A stretch of DNA of 33,398 nt, taken from the NCBI GenBank assembly GCA_964419615.1, contig CAYQPU010000017.1, forward strand, positions 1-33,398. Direction: 5' to 3'. Positions 8,944 through 18,130 of this stretch are shown in pieces. A program made the position numbers and the translations under genes. Positions within the stretch are counted from its first letter, which is position 1. Every line of letters begins with the position of its first letter. The DNA is from an uncultured Methanosarcinales archaeon (lineage in GTDB: Archaea > Nanobdellota > Nanobdellia > Woesearchaeales > JAGVZT01). Under the pieces are notes generated by a model. The model saw only the letters and a list, made by a program, of their open reading frames with translations. It did not search any database and was not told the DNA's origin.

Positions 8944-9891
8944 GGGGAAAAGTCAATATTAGTTACAGGAGGAGCCGGATTTATTGGAAGTCATGTTTGT
9001 GAAAAGCTTTTAACTAGAGGCGACAAGGTTGTTTGTGTGGATAATTTTAATGATTATTATGATCCTGATTTTAAAAAGAAGAATATAAAATCTTGTCAAG
9101 AGAACAACAATTTTACTCTGGTTGATACTGATACTAGAGATAGTGATAAGCTAACAACGATTTTTGATAAGCATGAAATTAAAAGAGTTGTTCACTTAGC
9201 AGCTATGGCAGGTGTTAGAAATTCTATTAAGAATCCTAAGTTATATGCAGATGTGAATATTAATGGAACTCTTAATCTTTTAGAGCTTTCAAAGGATAAT
9301 AATGTTGAAAACTTTGTGTTTGGTTCAAGCTCAAGTGTTTATGGAGATAATAGAGATGTTCCATTTACTGAAGACAGGATTGGGCTGCCAATAAGTCCTT
9401 ATGCTGCAACTAAACAAACAGGAGAGATTTATTGCAGGCTTTATAACAAACTGTACGGTTTAAATATTAATGCTTTGAGATTTTTCACAGTTTATGGACC
9501 AAGAGGACGCCCAGATATGGCAACTTATAAGTTTACTAAAGCAATTGACATTGGAGAAGAACTAACAATGTTTGGTGATGGCAGCTCCAAAAGAGATTAT
9601 ACTTATGTTGCTGATATTGTTGATGGAATTGTTTCTGCACTTGATAAAAAGTTTGGTTTTGAGATTTTTAATCTTGGAAATTCAAGCCCTGTTTTACTTA
9701 AGGATTTTATTGCTACTATTGAAGATACCTTAGGGAAAAAAGCAATTATAAAAAGATTACCAATGCAGACAGGAGATGTGTTTATTACATATGCTGATGT
9801 TTCTAAAGCCAAAAAGATGTTAGGGTATGAACCAAAAACAGATATTAAAACAGGGATTAAGAAATTTGTTGAGTGGTATAAATGCAATTAA
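8944..9891 (+). CDS. NAD-dependent epimerase, UDP-glucuronate 4-epimerase-like (extended SDR); 5' end lacks an in-frame canonical start
   Basis: The frame upstream of the track start 9037 reads GEKSILVTGGAGFIGSHVCEKLL. Motifs HLAAMAGVRNS, SSSSVYG, SPYAATK, RFFTVYGPRGRPDMA, RDYTYVADIV. In-frame TGA at 8941. Confidence 0.88.
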   Translation, partial: GEKSILVTGGAGFIGSHVCEKLLTRGDKVVCVDNFNDYYDPDFKKKNIKSCQENNNFTLVDTDTRDSDKLTTIFDKHEIKRVVHLAAMAGVRNSIKNPKLYADVNINGTLNLLELSKDNNVENFVFGSSSSVYGDNRDVPFTEDRIGLPISPYAATKQTGEIYCRLYNKLYGLNINALRFFTVYGPRGRPDMATYKFTKAIDIGEELTMFGDGSSKRDYTYVADIVDGIVSALDKKFGFEIFNLGNSSPVLLKDFIATIEDTLGKKAIIKRLPMQTGDVFITYADVSKAKKMLGYEPKTDIKTGIKKFVEWYKCN

Positions 9892-11504
9892 AGAAATCCT
9901 TGTTTGTTGGAGTTTTAGTGTTCTTTTTATTCATTCTCGGTTTTGCCATGAGAAACTTTCCTTTAAGTGAAGGTAATTTTGAAAAAGATATAACTCCTTT
10001 AATGACAACAAGTGATGCTAATTATTTTACATGGAGAGTAAAGAATGCATATGATACTGAAATGCCGGTTGTTGAACCACCATACACTGCACTTGGTATT
10101 GAAAATGCTGTTTCAGTGTATCCACCTTTAATTTACACTTTCATGGGTAGTTTAACAAAACTTACAGGGGTTTCTCCTTATCAAATGGGCTGGTTTTTGA
10201 TTTGCTTACTTTCAGCACTAATTCCACTTTATGCTTTTGTTGTTGTTAAAAGATATTTTAATTTCGAACTTGCACTATTGGTTTTAACTTTGGGTTTGTT
10301 TACATCTTCTAAGTTCTTGTTTCAAACTTATATTGGTTTTTGGGCAGATGTTTTTGCTTTTGCTCCTGCTGCTGCCATGTTTTACTTTTTGCAAGATGTT
10401 TGGAAAGATAAATCTTACTTACCATTAGTTATTACAGCTGGGCTTGCGACTGCAACTTTTGTTGGACATGTATGGGAGTTTGCTTATTTTATTTTGTTGG
10501 TGATGATTACAGGGTTTTTTATTGTGCTTAAAAAAGTTGGAAAAACAGGGATTAAAAATATTGTAATAGTTGTGTTGTTGGTAGGTGTTTTTAGTTTCAC
10601 TTTTTTATCAAAATATAATGTGATTGGTTATGGTACAGGCGAAGCACTAAAAATTGGCGAGAATCGAGGTGGGCCTCCAGCTTATTTTGAGCAAGCCAAA
10701 CTTGGGCTATTTTCGGGGATATTAACATTCGTTGGAATTGTAGCAATAGTTCTTAAATTTAAATCAAAGTTTTCAATATATGAGTTTTCAATTTTATTGA
10801 TTCCATTATTTATATTGTTTCAAAAATATAGCACTCTAATTGGTGTTGAACCTAATCATACTTATCGGCAGCTTTACCATGGATTTGTTTTTTTGATTAT
10901 TCCTGCTGCAATTGGTATTAATTGGATTTTGGATTTAATCAAAAAAGAAATTGGGTCTAATGCAAAGAAGATAGGACTTGGACTAGTTCTATGTATGTTA
11001 ATTGTTATTCCATTTGGCAGTACTTTTAATAATCTTAAGGGTTTACAAGAAGCTTCAAGATTAAAACAGCCTGAATGGGATTCACTTATGTGGATCAGAG
11101 ACAATACTCCAAGAAACTCAAAAGTGTTGGTTTTGTTTGGTCATTATGGTCAGGGCTTAGATATTTATGGTGAAAGGCAAACATTGTATGATGTTTATTC
11201 TGAAAATTTACAGCAGATTTGCAATCAAACAATCCCAGACAAATTTAAGGGTTCTTGGAAATACAATGCCTTGACTCCAGATGGATTTAAGATTCTTGGA
11301 ACTGGAGAGTATGTACAACCTGTTTTTACTGACCCTCAAGCTGGAGTCCCTTTAGAAGAGTTTGATTATATACTTATCAGATACAAAGGAACACAGATTG
11401 ACAGTTGTATGGGTTTCTTTATTAATGAAATGATGCAGTGTAATAACAGTGTTGTTTGGAATAGTGATCAAATAGTGATAGTCGAGGTGAAGAATGGAAC
11501 TTAA
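9882..11504 (+). CDS. GT-C-fold (STT3/AglB/PMT-like) multi-pass membrane glycosyltransferase
   Basis: Many TM helices; first loop TTSDANYF...YPPL; soluble C-terminal domain begins EWDSLMWIRDNTPRNSKVL, which is AglB-like, but FGHYG replaces WWDYG. Confidence 0.7.
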   Translation: MQLKKSLFVGVLVFFLFILGFAMRNFPLSEGNFEKDITPLMTTSDANYFTWRVKNAYDTEMPVVEPPYTALGIENAVSVYPPLIYTFMGSLTKLTGVSPYQMGWFLICLLSALIPLYAFVVVKRYFNFELALLVLTLGLFTSSKFLFQTYIGFWADVFAFAPAAAMFYFLQDVWKDKSYLPLVITAGLATATFVGHVWEFAYFILLVMITGFFIVLKKVGKTGIKNIVIVVLLVGVFSFTFLSKYNVIGYGTGEALKIGENRGGPPAYFEQAKLGLFSGILTFVGIVAIVLKFKSKFSIYEFSILLIPLFILFQKYSTLIGVEPNHTYRQLYHGFVFLIIPAAIGINWILDLIKKEIGSNAKKIGLGLVLCMLIVIPFGSTFNNLKGLQEASRLKQPEWDSLMWIRDNTPRNSKVLVLFGHYGQGLDIYGERQTLYDVYSENLQQICNQTIPDKFKGSWKYNALTPDGFKILGTGEYVQPVFTDPQAGVPLEEFDYILIRYKGTQIDSCMGFFINEMMQCNNSVVWNSDQIVIVEVKNGT

Positions 11505-11862
11505 TAAGATTGTTGAAAGATATAAACTTACACCTTTGTTAGTTGCATTTGGATTGTTCATGATTTTAGCTTTGCTTGCAGGATTGTTTACCTCTACAAG
11601 TTTGACAACTATGATCTCTTTAATGTTAGGATTGTTTGTTTACTTAATTGTCCCAGGATATTTTATCTTGATCAATGTTAAGATGGGAGATATTGAAAGA
11701 ATTATATTGTCATCTGCAATAGGAATCAGCTTTGTTCCACTTATTTTATTTAATATGAACTTGTTTATGATCAAGATGTCAAGATTTAATGTTGTATTAG
11801 TCATTATTGCTATTACAATTATTGGAATTTTAGTTCGAGAATTTAAGTTTAAGAAGACTTAG
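11494..11862 (+). CDS. Small 4-TM membrane protein, DUF1616-like
   Basis: LIVPGYF...DIERIILSSAIGIS pattern; GAGGTGA SD motif upstream; overlaps the end of the GT-C gene. Confidence 0.7.
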   Translation: MELNKIVERYKLTPLLVAFGLFMILALLAGLFTSTSLTTMISLMLGLFVYLIVPGYFILINVKMGDIERIILSSAIGISFVPLILFNMNLFMIKMSRFNVVLVIIAITIIGILVREFKFKKT

Positions 11863-12522
11863 GTATTTAAGACCCATTTTAAACATTTTGAATTTTGTTT
11901 TTCCAGCAACTCTGTTTGCATAAGTGGTTGGTACTTCTCCAAGCTTGTATTTTTTAAGATGTGCTTTTATTGCAAATTCAGGTGAGATTGCAAAATCACC
12001 TGATTCAAGTTTTATCTTGTTAAAGACCTCTTTTCTAAATGCTCTAAAGGCATTGGTAATGTCATTTACTTTTAATCCAAATACAATTCTTGCTAATCTA
12101 GTATAGCCTGAGCTTGAAAGTGCCTTGAATTTGTCTAGATCTCCACTTGACCCGCCAGGAATGTATCTTGAACCAAATACTATGTCATAGCCTTGTCCAA
12201 TCTTTTTTACCATTTTTGGAATTGTTTCTAGGTTGTCAGATCGATCAGCCATTACCCACACAATTATGTCTCCCTTTGCTTTTTGTGTTCCCTCAATTAA
12301 AGTGTTACCCATACCATTATTGCCTTTTCTATGTACTGCATGGATGTTCTTACTCTTAGCTAGCTTGTTAATAAGTTTTGGAGTGGAATCTGTACTATTA
12401 TCATTAACCAAAATGATCTCATGAGCAAGCTTATGCTTTTTTGTCATAGCTTGAATATCTTTAACTAATGGTTCTAGATTTGACTCTTCGTTAAAAGCAG
12501 GTATTACAATTGATGTTTTCAT
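11830..12522 (-). CDS. Glycosyltransferase family 2, dolichol-phosphate mannose synthase-like
   Basis: IVIPAFNEE, VNDNSTD, MADRSD (DxD variant), VFGSRY, DITNAFRAF, EVPTTYANR. Confidence 0.9.
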   Translation of the reverse strand: MKTSIVIPAFNEESNLEPLVKDIQAMTKKHKLAHEIILVNDNSTDSTPKLINKLAKSKNIHAVHRKGNNGMGNTLIEGTQKAKGDIIVWVMADRSDNLETIPKMVKKIGQGYDIVFGSRYIPGGSSGDLDKFKALSSSGYTRLARIVFGLKVNDITNAFRAFRKEVFNKIKLESGDFAISPEFAIKAHLKKYKLGEVPTTYANRVAGKTKFKMFKMGLKYLSLLKLKFSN

Positions 12523-13634
12523 AAAAGTCCTTTTTGTTTTAGTTCTGTTGATGCTTTTTCAAATTGGTCTTCTGATTCTACTTTTTTACTCCAACTGATG
12601 AATTCTTCCATTCCCTCTTCAAAATTAATCTTTGGTTCAAATCCAAGTTTGGTTTTTATTTTTGAGATATCTGCATAGCAATGCCTAACATCTCCTTTTC
12701 GGTATTTGTTAGTTACTGTTGGTTTTACATCTGAACCATATACTTTTGCCAGTGTTTCTGGAATTGATTTGATTGTTAATGGGATTCCTGTTCCAACATT
12801 AAACACTTCATAATTTGCTGCATTACTGTTTAGTGCAAGTAGATTTGCCTTAACAATATCATGAACTGAAATAAAGTCCCTTGTTTGTAGTCCATCCTCA
12901 TAAACAACAGGTGAATTGTTACTTTTGATTCTACTCATGAATATTGCTCCAACCCCTGTATATGGATTGTTTAAGCTTTGTCTTGGTCCATATACATTAA
13001 AAAATCTTAATGCAACTGAAGGGATACCATACGTTCTTCCGATATTTAAGACCATATCTTCCTGGTCTTTTTTTGTGATAGCATATATTGAATTACAATG
13101 CTGAACTTTTTTCTCATTTGTTGGAATTGGCTTTACTGTTTTTTTACAGCCAGGACAGAATAATTCCCATTCTCCTCTTTTCATTTGTTCAACAGTTCTT
13201 AAAGGAGGGTATACAACACCACAATCATCGCATTTGTAAGCTCCTTCACCATAACTACTCATTGAGGCTGCAACTATCAGTTTTTTTACATCATGTTTTT
13301 TGTTTACAAGTAAATCCAACAAGACTGCAGTTCCATAGGTATTGTCTTGAACATAATGCTCGATTTCATACATGCTCTGACCTACACCAACAGCAGCTGC
13401 AAAATGGTATATTGCATCAATATTTTTTATTGCTTCTGCTAGTTCTTTCGAATCAGTTACGTCTCCAACAACAAGCTCAGCTTTTGAATTTAGGTATTCA
13501 GGTTTTTTACCCTGATGAACTTGTTCTTTTAGACTATCAAAAATTCTTACACTGTGGCCTTCATCAACTAATTTGTCTACAATAAAGGAACCAATAAATC
13601 CTGCTCCTCCTGTAACTAAGACTCTTTTTTTCAT
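12519..13634 (-). CDS. NAD-dependent epimerase/dehydratase (extended SDR) with a CxxC...CxxC insertion
   Basis: VTGGAGFIGS, HFAAAVGVGQSM, SIYAITK (YxxxK), RFFNVYGPRQ, RDFISVHD; insert CDDC-x22-CPGC. Confidence 0.92.
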   Translation of the reverse strand: MKKRVLVTGGAGFIGSFIVDKLVDEGHSVRIFDSLKEQVHQGKKPEYLNSKAELVVGDVTDSKELAEAIKNIDAIYHFAAAVGVGQSMYEIEHYVQDNTYGTAVLLDLLVNKKHDVKKLIVAASMSSYGEGAYKCDDCGVVYPPLRTVEQMKRGEWELFCPGCKKTVKPIPTNEKKVQHCNSIYAITKKDQEDMVLNIGRTYGIPSVALRFFNVYGPRQSLNNPYTGVGAIFMSRIKSNNSPVVYEDGLQTRDFISVHDIVKANLLALNSNAANYEVFNVGTGIPLTIKSIPETLAKVYGSDVKPTVTNKYRKGDVRHCYADISKIKTKLGFEPKINFEEGMEEFISWSKKVESEDQFEKASTELKQKGLL

Positions 13635-14140
13635 TTTGTCAATCTTACCTCCACGTCAAGTATTAATATATCACAAAAGTGCCTAAACCATTTTATAAAT
13701 GGATAGACAAGATAACCAGCCCAGGTTGGGTGGTATTTGTATTCTAATTTTTTAAACAAGCCCTCATTGTCAACAGGATTGTGAACATATTTTCCTTTTA
13801 TAAGTTTAACTCTTTTTTTTACAAAGTATTCAAAGGTTCCAACTGTTAAGCATTTCTTATGTGTTGGATCTACCCAGGCATTAGGATGTTGGTAATATGG
13901 AAATTTTAGGATAACCTTTCCTCCTGGTCTAAGGATCCTGTAAAGTTCTTTCATGATCCCAATTGTGTCATCAAGGTGCTCTAAAACATTGTCTGCTAGA
14001 ATTAATTCAAATTGGTTGTCTTTAAATGGGTAAGGATATTTTTCAAGATTATGGACTACATCTACCCCATCATGCTTGTACATGTCTAGGTTTGTCCATC
14101 CTTTTCTTATATCATTACCACAACCTAGATTTAATTTCAT
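13631..14140 (-). CDS. Class I SAM-dependent methyltransferase (Methyltransf_11-like)
   Basis: KLNLGCG motif I, VLEHL, RILRPGG, DPTH. Confidence 0.88.
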   Translation of the reverse strand: MKLNLGCGNDIRKGWTNLDMYKHDGVDVVHNLEKYPYPFKDNQFELILADNVLEHLDDTIGIMKELYRILRPGGKVILKFPYYQHPNAWVDPTHKKCLTVGTFEYFVKKRVKLIKGKYVHNPVDNEGLFKKLEYKYHPTWAGYLVYPFIKWFRHFCDILILDVEVRLTK

Positions 14141-15172
14141 TTAGAATCTTTTCTCATTAGCTTGTACCCAATTGGCAAGCTTAGTTACACCTTGCTTGGG
14201 ATCAACTTTTGGTTCCCATCCAAGAGCTTTGTTTGCATTTGTTATGTCAGAGACATATACTTTTTGATCAGATGGCCGCCATTTATCAAAACTTAGCTCA
14301 CTTTTCTTGCCTGTAATTTCTTCAAGTATGTCTAGTAATTCTAATAAGGATAAGGTGTTTTTGTATCCTCCACCTGTGTTAAACACACCATGTTTAAGGT
14401 TGCTGTTTATGAATCTATCATAGATTTCAATAAGGTCTGTTACATACAAGACATCTCTTACTTGCTTGCCATCTCCAAATATTGTTAATGGTTTGTCTTT
14501 TAGTGTTGCTATTGTAAACCAGGCAACCCAGCCTTGATCTTCTACTCCAAATTGCCTTGTACCATAGATACAACTCATCCTAAATACTCCTGTTTTTAGA
14601 CCGTATAGATGGGCATAGTCTTGGCAATAAATATCACCTGTTAGTTTGGAGCAACCATATGGTGTGTGCTCATTTAAGTCAATATCAAATGTTTCTGGAA
14701 TTCCTTTTTCATATTTTGGTTCAAAAATGTATTTTTTGGGAGTTTCCAATACTTTAACCTTGTTTACATTGTCACCAAATACTTTGTTTGTTGAGCAGTA
14801 AACAACAGCGGCATCATTTTTTCTTGCTGCTTCTAATACATTGAAAGTTCCAAGAGCATTTGTTTCAAAGTCTTCTCTTGGGTTTTTTACAGAGGTTGTG
14901 ACTGCTGTTTGAGCTGCGGTGTGTAATATTACATCTGCTCCCTGTGCATTAGCTTCCAGTTCTTTTGAGTTTAGAATACTTTCTTGCACTAATTTTATAT
15001 TTTTTAGCTTTTTTAAATAGTTCCAGTTATACATTGAGTTTTCAGATGATTTTTTAAGCAATTTCGCTCTTGATAAATTATCATAAACTACTACTTCATT
15101 ACCTTTATTTGCATAGAATTCAGCAGCATGGCTACCTACAAATCCAGCTCCTCCTGTGATCAATACTTTCAT
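14141..15172 (-). CDS. NDP-sugar epimerase, CDP-paratose 2-epimerase (RfbE/Tyv)-like
   Basis: ITGGAGFVGS, AAQTAVTTS, STNKVFG, TPYGCSK, RMSCIYGTRQFGVEDQGWVAWF subfamily signature; GGGGG SD motif upstream. Confidence 0.85.
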   Translation of the reverse strand: MKVLITGGAGFVGSHAAEFYANKGNEVVVYDNLSRAKLLKKSSENSMYNWNYLKKLKNIKLVQESILNSKELEANAQGADVILHTAAQTAVTTSVKNPREDFETNALGTFNVLEAARKNDAAVVYCSTNKVFGDNVNKVKVLETPKKYIFEPKYEKGIPETFDIDLNEHTPYGCSKLTGDIYCQDYAHLYGLKTGVFRMSCIYGTRQFGVEDQGWVAWFTIATLKDKPLTIFGDGKQVRDVLYVTDLIEIYDRFINSNLKHGVFNTGGGYKNTLSLLELLDILEEITGKKSELSFDKWRPSDQKVYVSDITNANKALGWEPKVDPKQGVTKLANWVQANEKRF

Positions 15173-15244
15173 TTATATCCCCCCTAGTTATATATGATTC
15201 AGAATTAAGAGATATTTATAAAATTTACTCTAGTTTATAGGTAT

Positions 15245-16375
15245 TTATGTCATTTTTAGAAATTCTGCCAGCTTATTTATCATTTTCCCCATCAAATTAG
15301 GTTCTAGATCAATTGCACTGTATCTACAAACTTCATGACAACAATAACAACTTATGCATTTTTTAGGAGCTAATTCAGGAATATCTTTCATTTTAAGGGC
15401 GTCTGCTGGACAGATTTTAATGCATTCACCACATCTTGTGCATTTTTTGTTGAAAATAGGTTTTTTTCCTAATTGTTTGAATATAAATCCCACAATAGAA
15501 GATGGAAGCATTTTCTTTATACCTTGAACTGAGCTCAATGGGACTTTGAACTTTTGGTTTTTATATTTTCCAATTATCTTGATTTTGGTTTTGTCAAATA
15601 ACTTTCTTTTTACTGCTTGCTTAATTACAGGAGTATCAGATTTAAATCCCATAATCCTTTGTTGTATGTAATCAAGAGCATAACCGTTTTTAGATGCTAG
15701 GATATATCCCACTTTTTTGGGAGTGCCTCCTGGACCTGGACCATTACCTTCCATTCCAACAATTGCATCCATTATGTTAAGAGTGGGTTTGTTAGCTTCG
15801 TAGATGTCAATGATCACGTCAATAAATCGTTCCAATGGTTGGTAATCATAATGAAATCTTTGTTTTTGACCTCCGGATAATGCACCAAACATGTTTTTTA
15901 CACAACCAGTCATGCCTGCCAGAGAATGGGTTTTCATTTTTGGAAGATTGATTATGATATCTGATTTTTTTATTAATTCAGATTTTAAGATTTCTTTAAG
16001 CACTTTTCCTTTTGTTTTTTCCTTGATTTGCTTAGTGCTTTCAAATGAAATAATGTCCACTTTTTCTTCATCAGCTATTTTTTGCATTCCTGTTTTAACA
16101 AAAGCTCTGTTTGTTGAGGAATTACCTGTATCAGATGAAGAGTCAGAGATTGTGATTTTGCAATTGTATTTTTTTAATATTCTCACAATAGCTCTGACTA
16201 TTTCTGGATGTGTTGTTACGGCTTTTGATGGATCAACTGCTGAGAGAAGGTTTGGCTTTAGGAGAACTTTGGATTTTGGAGGGATTTTAAATTTTAAGTC
16301 AGATATTAATTGTTCAATTTTTTCTTGAATCAGATTTACATCGTATTCTTTGCATTTTGTTATTATTACCTTCAT
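15245..16375 (-). CDS. DUF362 domain protein with C-terminal 2x[4Fe-4S] ferredoxin domain
   Basis: VLLKPNL, TTHPEIV, NLPKMKTH, GCVKNMFG, GMEGNGP; CTRCGECIKICP and CISCYCCHEVC. Confidence 0.9.
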   Translation of the reverse strand: MKVIITKCKEYDVNLIQEKIEQLISDLKFKIPPKSKVLLKPNLLSAVDPSKAVTTHPEIVRAIVRILKKYNCKITISDSSSDTGNSSTNRAFVKTGMQKIADEEKVDIISFESTKQIKEKTKGKVLKEILKSELIKKSDIIINLPKMKTHSLAGMTGCVKNMFGALSGGQKQRFHYDYQPLERFIDVIIDIYEANKPTLNIMDAIVGMEGNGPGPGGTPKKVGYILASKNGYALDYIQQRIMGFKSDTPVIKQAVKRKLFDKTKIKIIGKYKNQKFKVPLSSVQGIKKMLPSSIVGFIFKQLGKKPIFNKKCTRCGECIKICPADALKMKDIPELAPKKCISCYCCHEVCRYSAIDLEPNLMGKMINKLAEFLKMT

Positions 16376-16400
16376 CTAGATTTGTTATTTGCTCTAATTT

Positions 16401-16415
16401 AAGAATGTTTTTATA
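16401..16415 (+). promoter_or_regulatory. BRE-TATA promoter of elp3
   Basis: AAGAATG followed by TTTTTATA (16408-16415), 23 nt before the ATG. Confidence 0.6.
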
Positions 16416-16438
16416 GTTTCTCAGATTAACCTATTTCT

Positions 16439-18115
16439 ATGGAAACAGAATTATTTGATGAGCTCATTTCACAGTTAAAAGGTAAAGATTTGACTAAGGA
16501 AGAGATTGCTAAGATCAAATACAAAGTTATTAGAAAATTCAAAACATCAAGGGTTCCTTCTGATTTTGATATTTTGCTTCGAGCAAATCTAGAAGAAAGA
16601 AAACTGCTTACAAGTTTAACAACAAAACCAACAAGAACTATTTCAGGAGTTGCAGTTGTTGCTATTATGACTAAGCCTTCTGATTGTCCTCATGGAAAAT
16701 GTATTTGCTGTCCAGGTGGATTAGATTCTGAGTTTGGAGATGTTCCTCAAAGCTATACTGGAAATGAACCTGCAACAATGAGGGGGATTAGGAACAAGTA
16801 TGATCCATATTTACAGATTTTTAATAGACTGGAGCAGTACACTGTGCTTGGACATGATCCATCCAAAGTTGAGTTGATTATTATGGGAGGTACTTTTCCA
16901 GCTTGTGATATTGCTTACCAGAATGAATTTATTGGTTATTCATTTAAGGCTTTTAATGATTTTTCAAGTATGTTTTTTAATGATGAGATACAATTTGAGA
17001 AATTCAAGGATTTTTTTGAATTACCGGGTGAGATTGGAGATAAAAACAGGGTTAAGAATATTCATGAAAAGCTTTTGAAGTTGAAAAGAGAATTTGATCT
17101 TGAAACAGAGCAAGTTAAGAATGAATCTTCTAAGATCAGATGTGTTGCTTTATGTGTTGAAACACGTCCAGATTATTGCAAGCAAGAACATATTGATCAA
17201 ATGTTAAAACTTGGTACAACAAGAATTGAACTTGGTGTACAGTCTTTAAATGACAAGGTTCTAGAAAAGATTAAGAGAGGACATACAATCAAGGATAGTA
17301 TTATTGCAACAAAATTAGCAAAGGATTCTTTGTTAAAAGTAGGTTATCATATGATGCCAGGTCTTCCAATGACAAGTCCTAAAAAAGATCTAGAGATGTT
17401 AAAAGAATTATTTTCTAATCCAGATTATATGCCCGATGCTTTAAAGATTTATCCTTGCATGGTCATGCCAGGAACAGAACTGTTTAATGATTATGAAAAA
17501 GGTAATTTTAAACCTATGGACACCAAGACTGCTGCAAATCTGATTGCGGAGTTTAAAAAATATGTTCCAAAATACTGTAGGATTATGAGAGTACAAAGAG
17601 ATATTCCAACCAAAGTTACTTCTGCTGGTGTTGGTATTACTAATTTAAGGCAAGAAGTGCACAAGGTTATGAATGAGAAAGGAATTAAGTGTAATTGTAT
17701 TAGATGCAGAGAGCCAAGAAACAAAGAAATTGATTTTGACAAGATGAAGATTAACAGAATGGATTATAATGCTTCCTTGGGTAAAGAAGTTTTTATTTCG
17801 GCTGAGACTCAGAAAGCATTGCTTGGCTTTTGTAGATTAAGAATTCCATTTGAACCATTTAGAAAAGAGATCACAAAGGATAGTGCAGGGATTAGAGAGC
17901 TTCATGTTTATGGTGCTGCAACTTCACTTGGTAAAAGAGGAAATGTTCAGCATAGAGGTATTGGAAAGAAGTTAATGGGTGAGGCTGAAAAAATTGCAGT
18001 TGAGGATTTTGATAAAAAGAGGTTGGTTGTTATTTCTGGTGTTGGCGCGAGAGGTTATTATAGAAAGTTAGGATATGAGAGAGATGGTAGGTATATGGTT
18101 AAAAAACTAGATTAA
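16439..18115 (+). CDS. elp3: tRNA uridine(34) acetyltransferase Elp3 (radical SAM + GNAT)
   Basis: CPHGKCICCPGG, PQSYTGNEPA, ETRPDY, ELGVQS, LKIYP, RELHVYG, QHRGIG, ISGVGARGYYRKLGY. Confidence 0.96.
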   Translation: METELFDELISQLKGKDLTKEEIAKIKYKVIRKFKTSRVPSDFDILLRANLEERKLLTSLTTKPTRTISGVAVVAIMTKPSDCPHGKCICCPGGLDSEFGDVPQSYTGNEPATMRGIRNKYDPYLQIFNRLEQYTVLGHDPSKVELIIMGGTFPACDIAYQNEFIGYSFKAFNDFSSMFFNDEIQFEKFKDFFELPGEIGDKNRVKNIHEKLLKLKREFDLETEQVKNESSKIRCVALCVETRPDYCKQEHIDQMLKLGTTRIELGVQSLNDKVLEKIKRGHTIKDSIIATKLAKDSLLKVGYHMMPGLPMTSPKKDLEMLKELFSNPDYMPDALKIYPCMVMPGTELFNDYEKGNFKPMDTKTAANLIAEFKKYVPKYCRIMRVQRDIPTKVTSAGVGITNLRQEVHKVMNEKGIKCNCIRCREPRNKEIDFDKMKINRMDYNASLGKEVFISAETQKALLGFCRLRIPFEPFRKEITKDSAGIRELHVYGAATSLGKRGNVQHRGIGKKLMGEAEKIAVEDFDKKRLVVISGVGARGYYRKLGYERDGRYMVKKLD

Positions 18116-18130
18116 ATAAAAGTTAAACAA

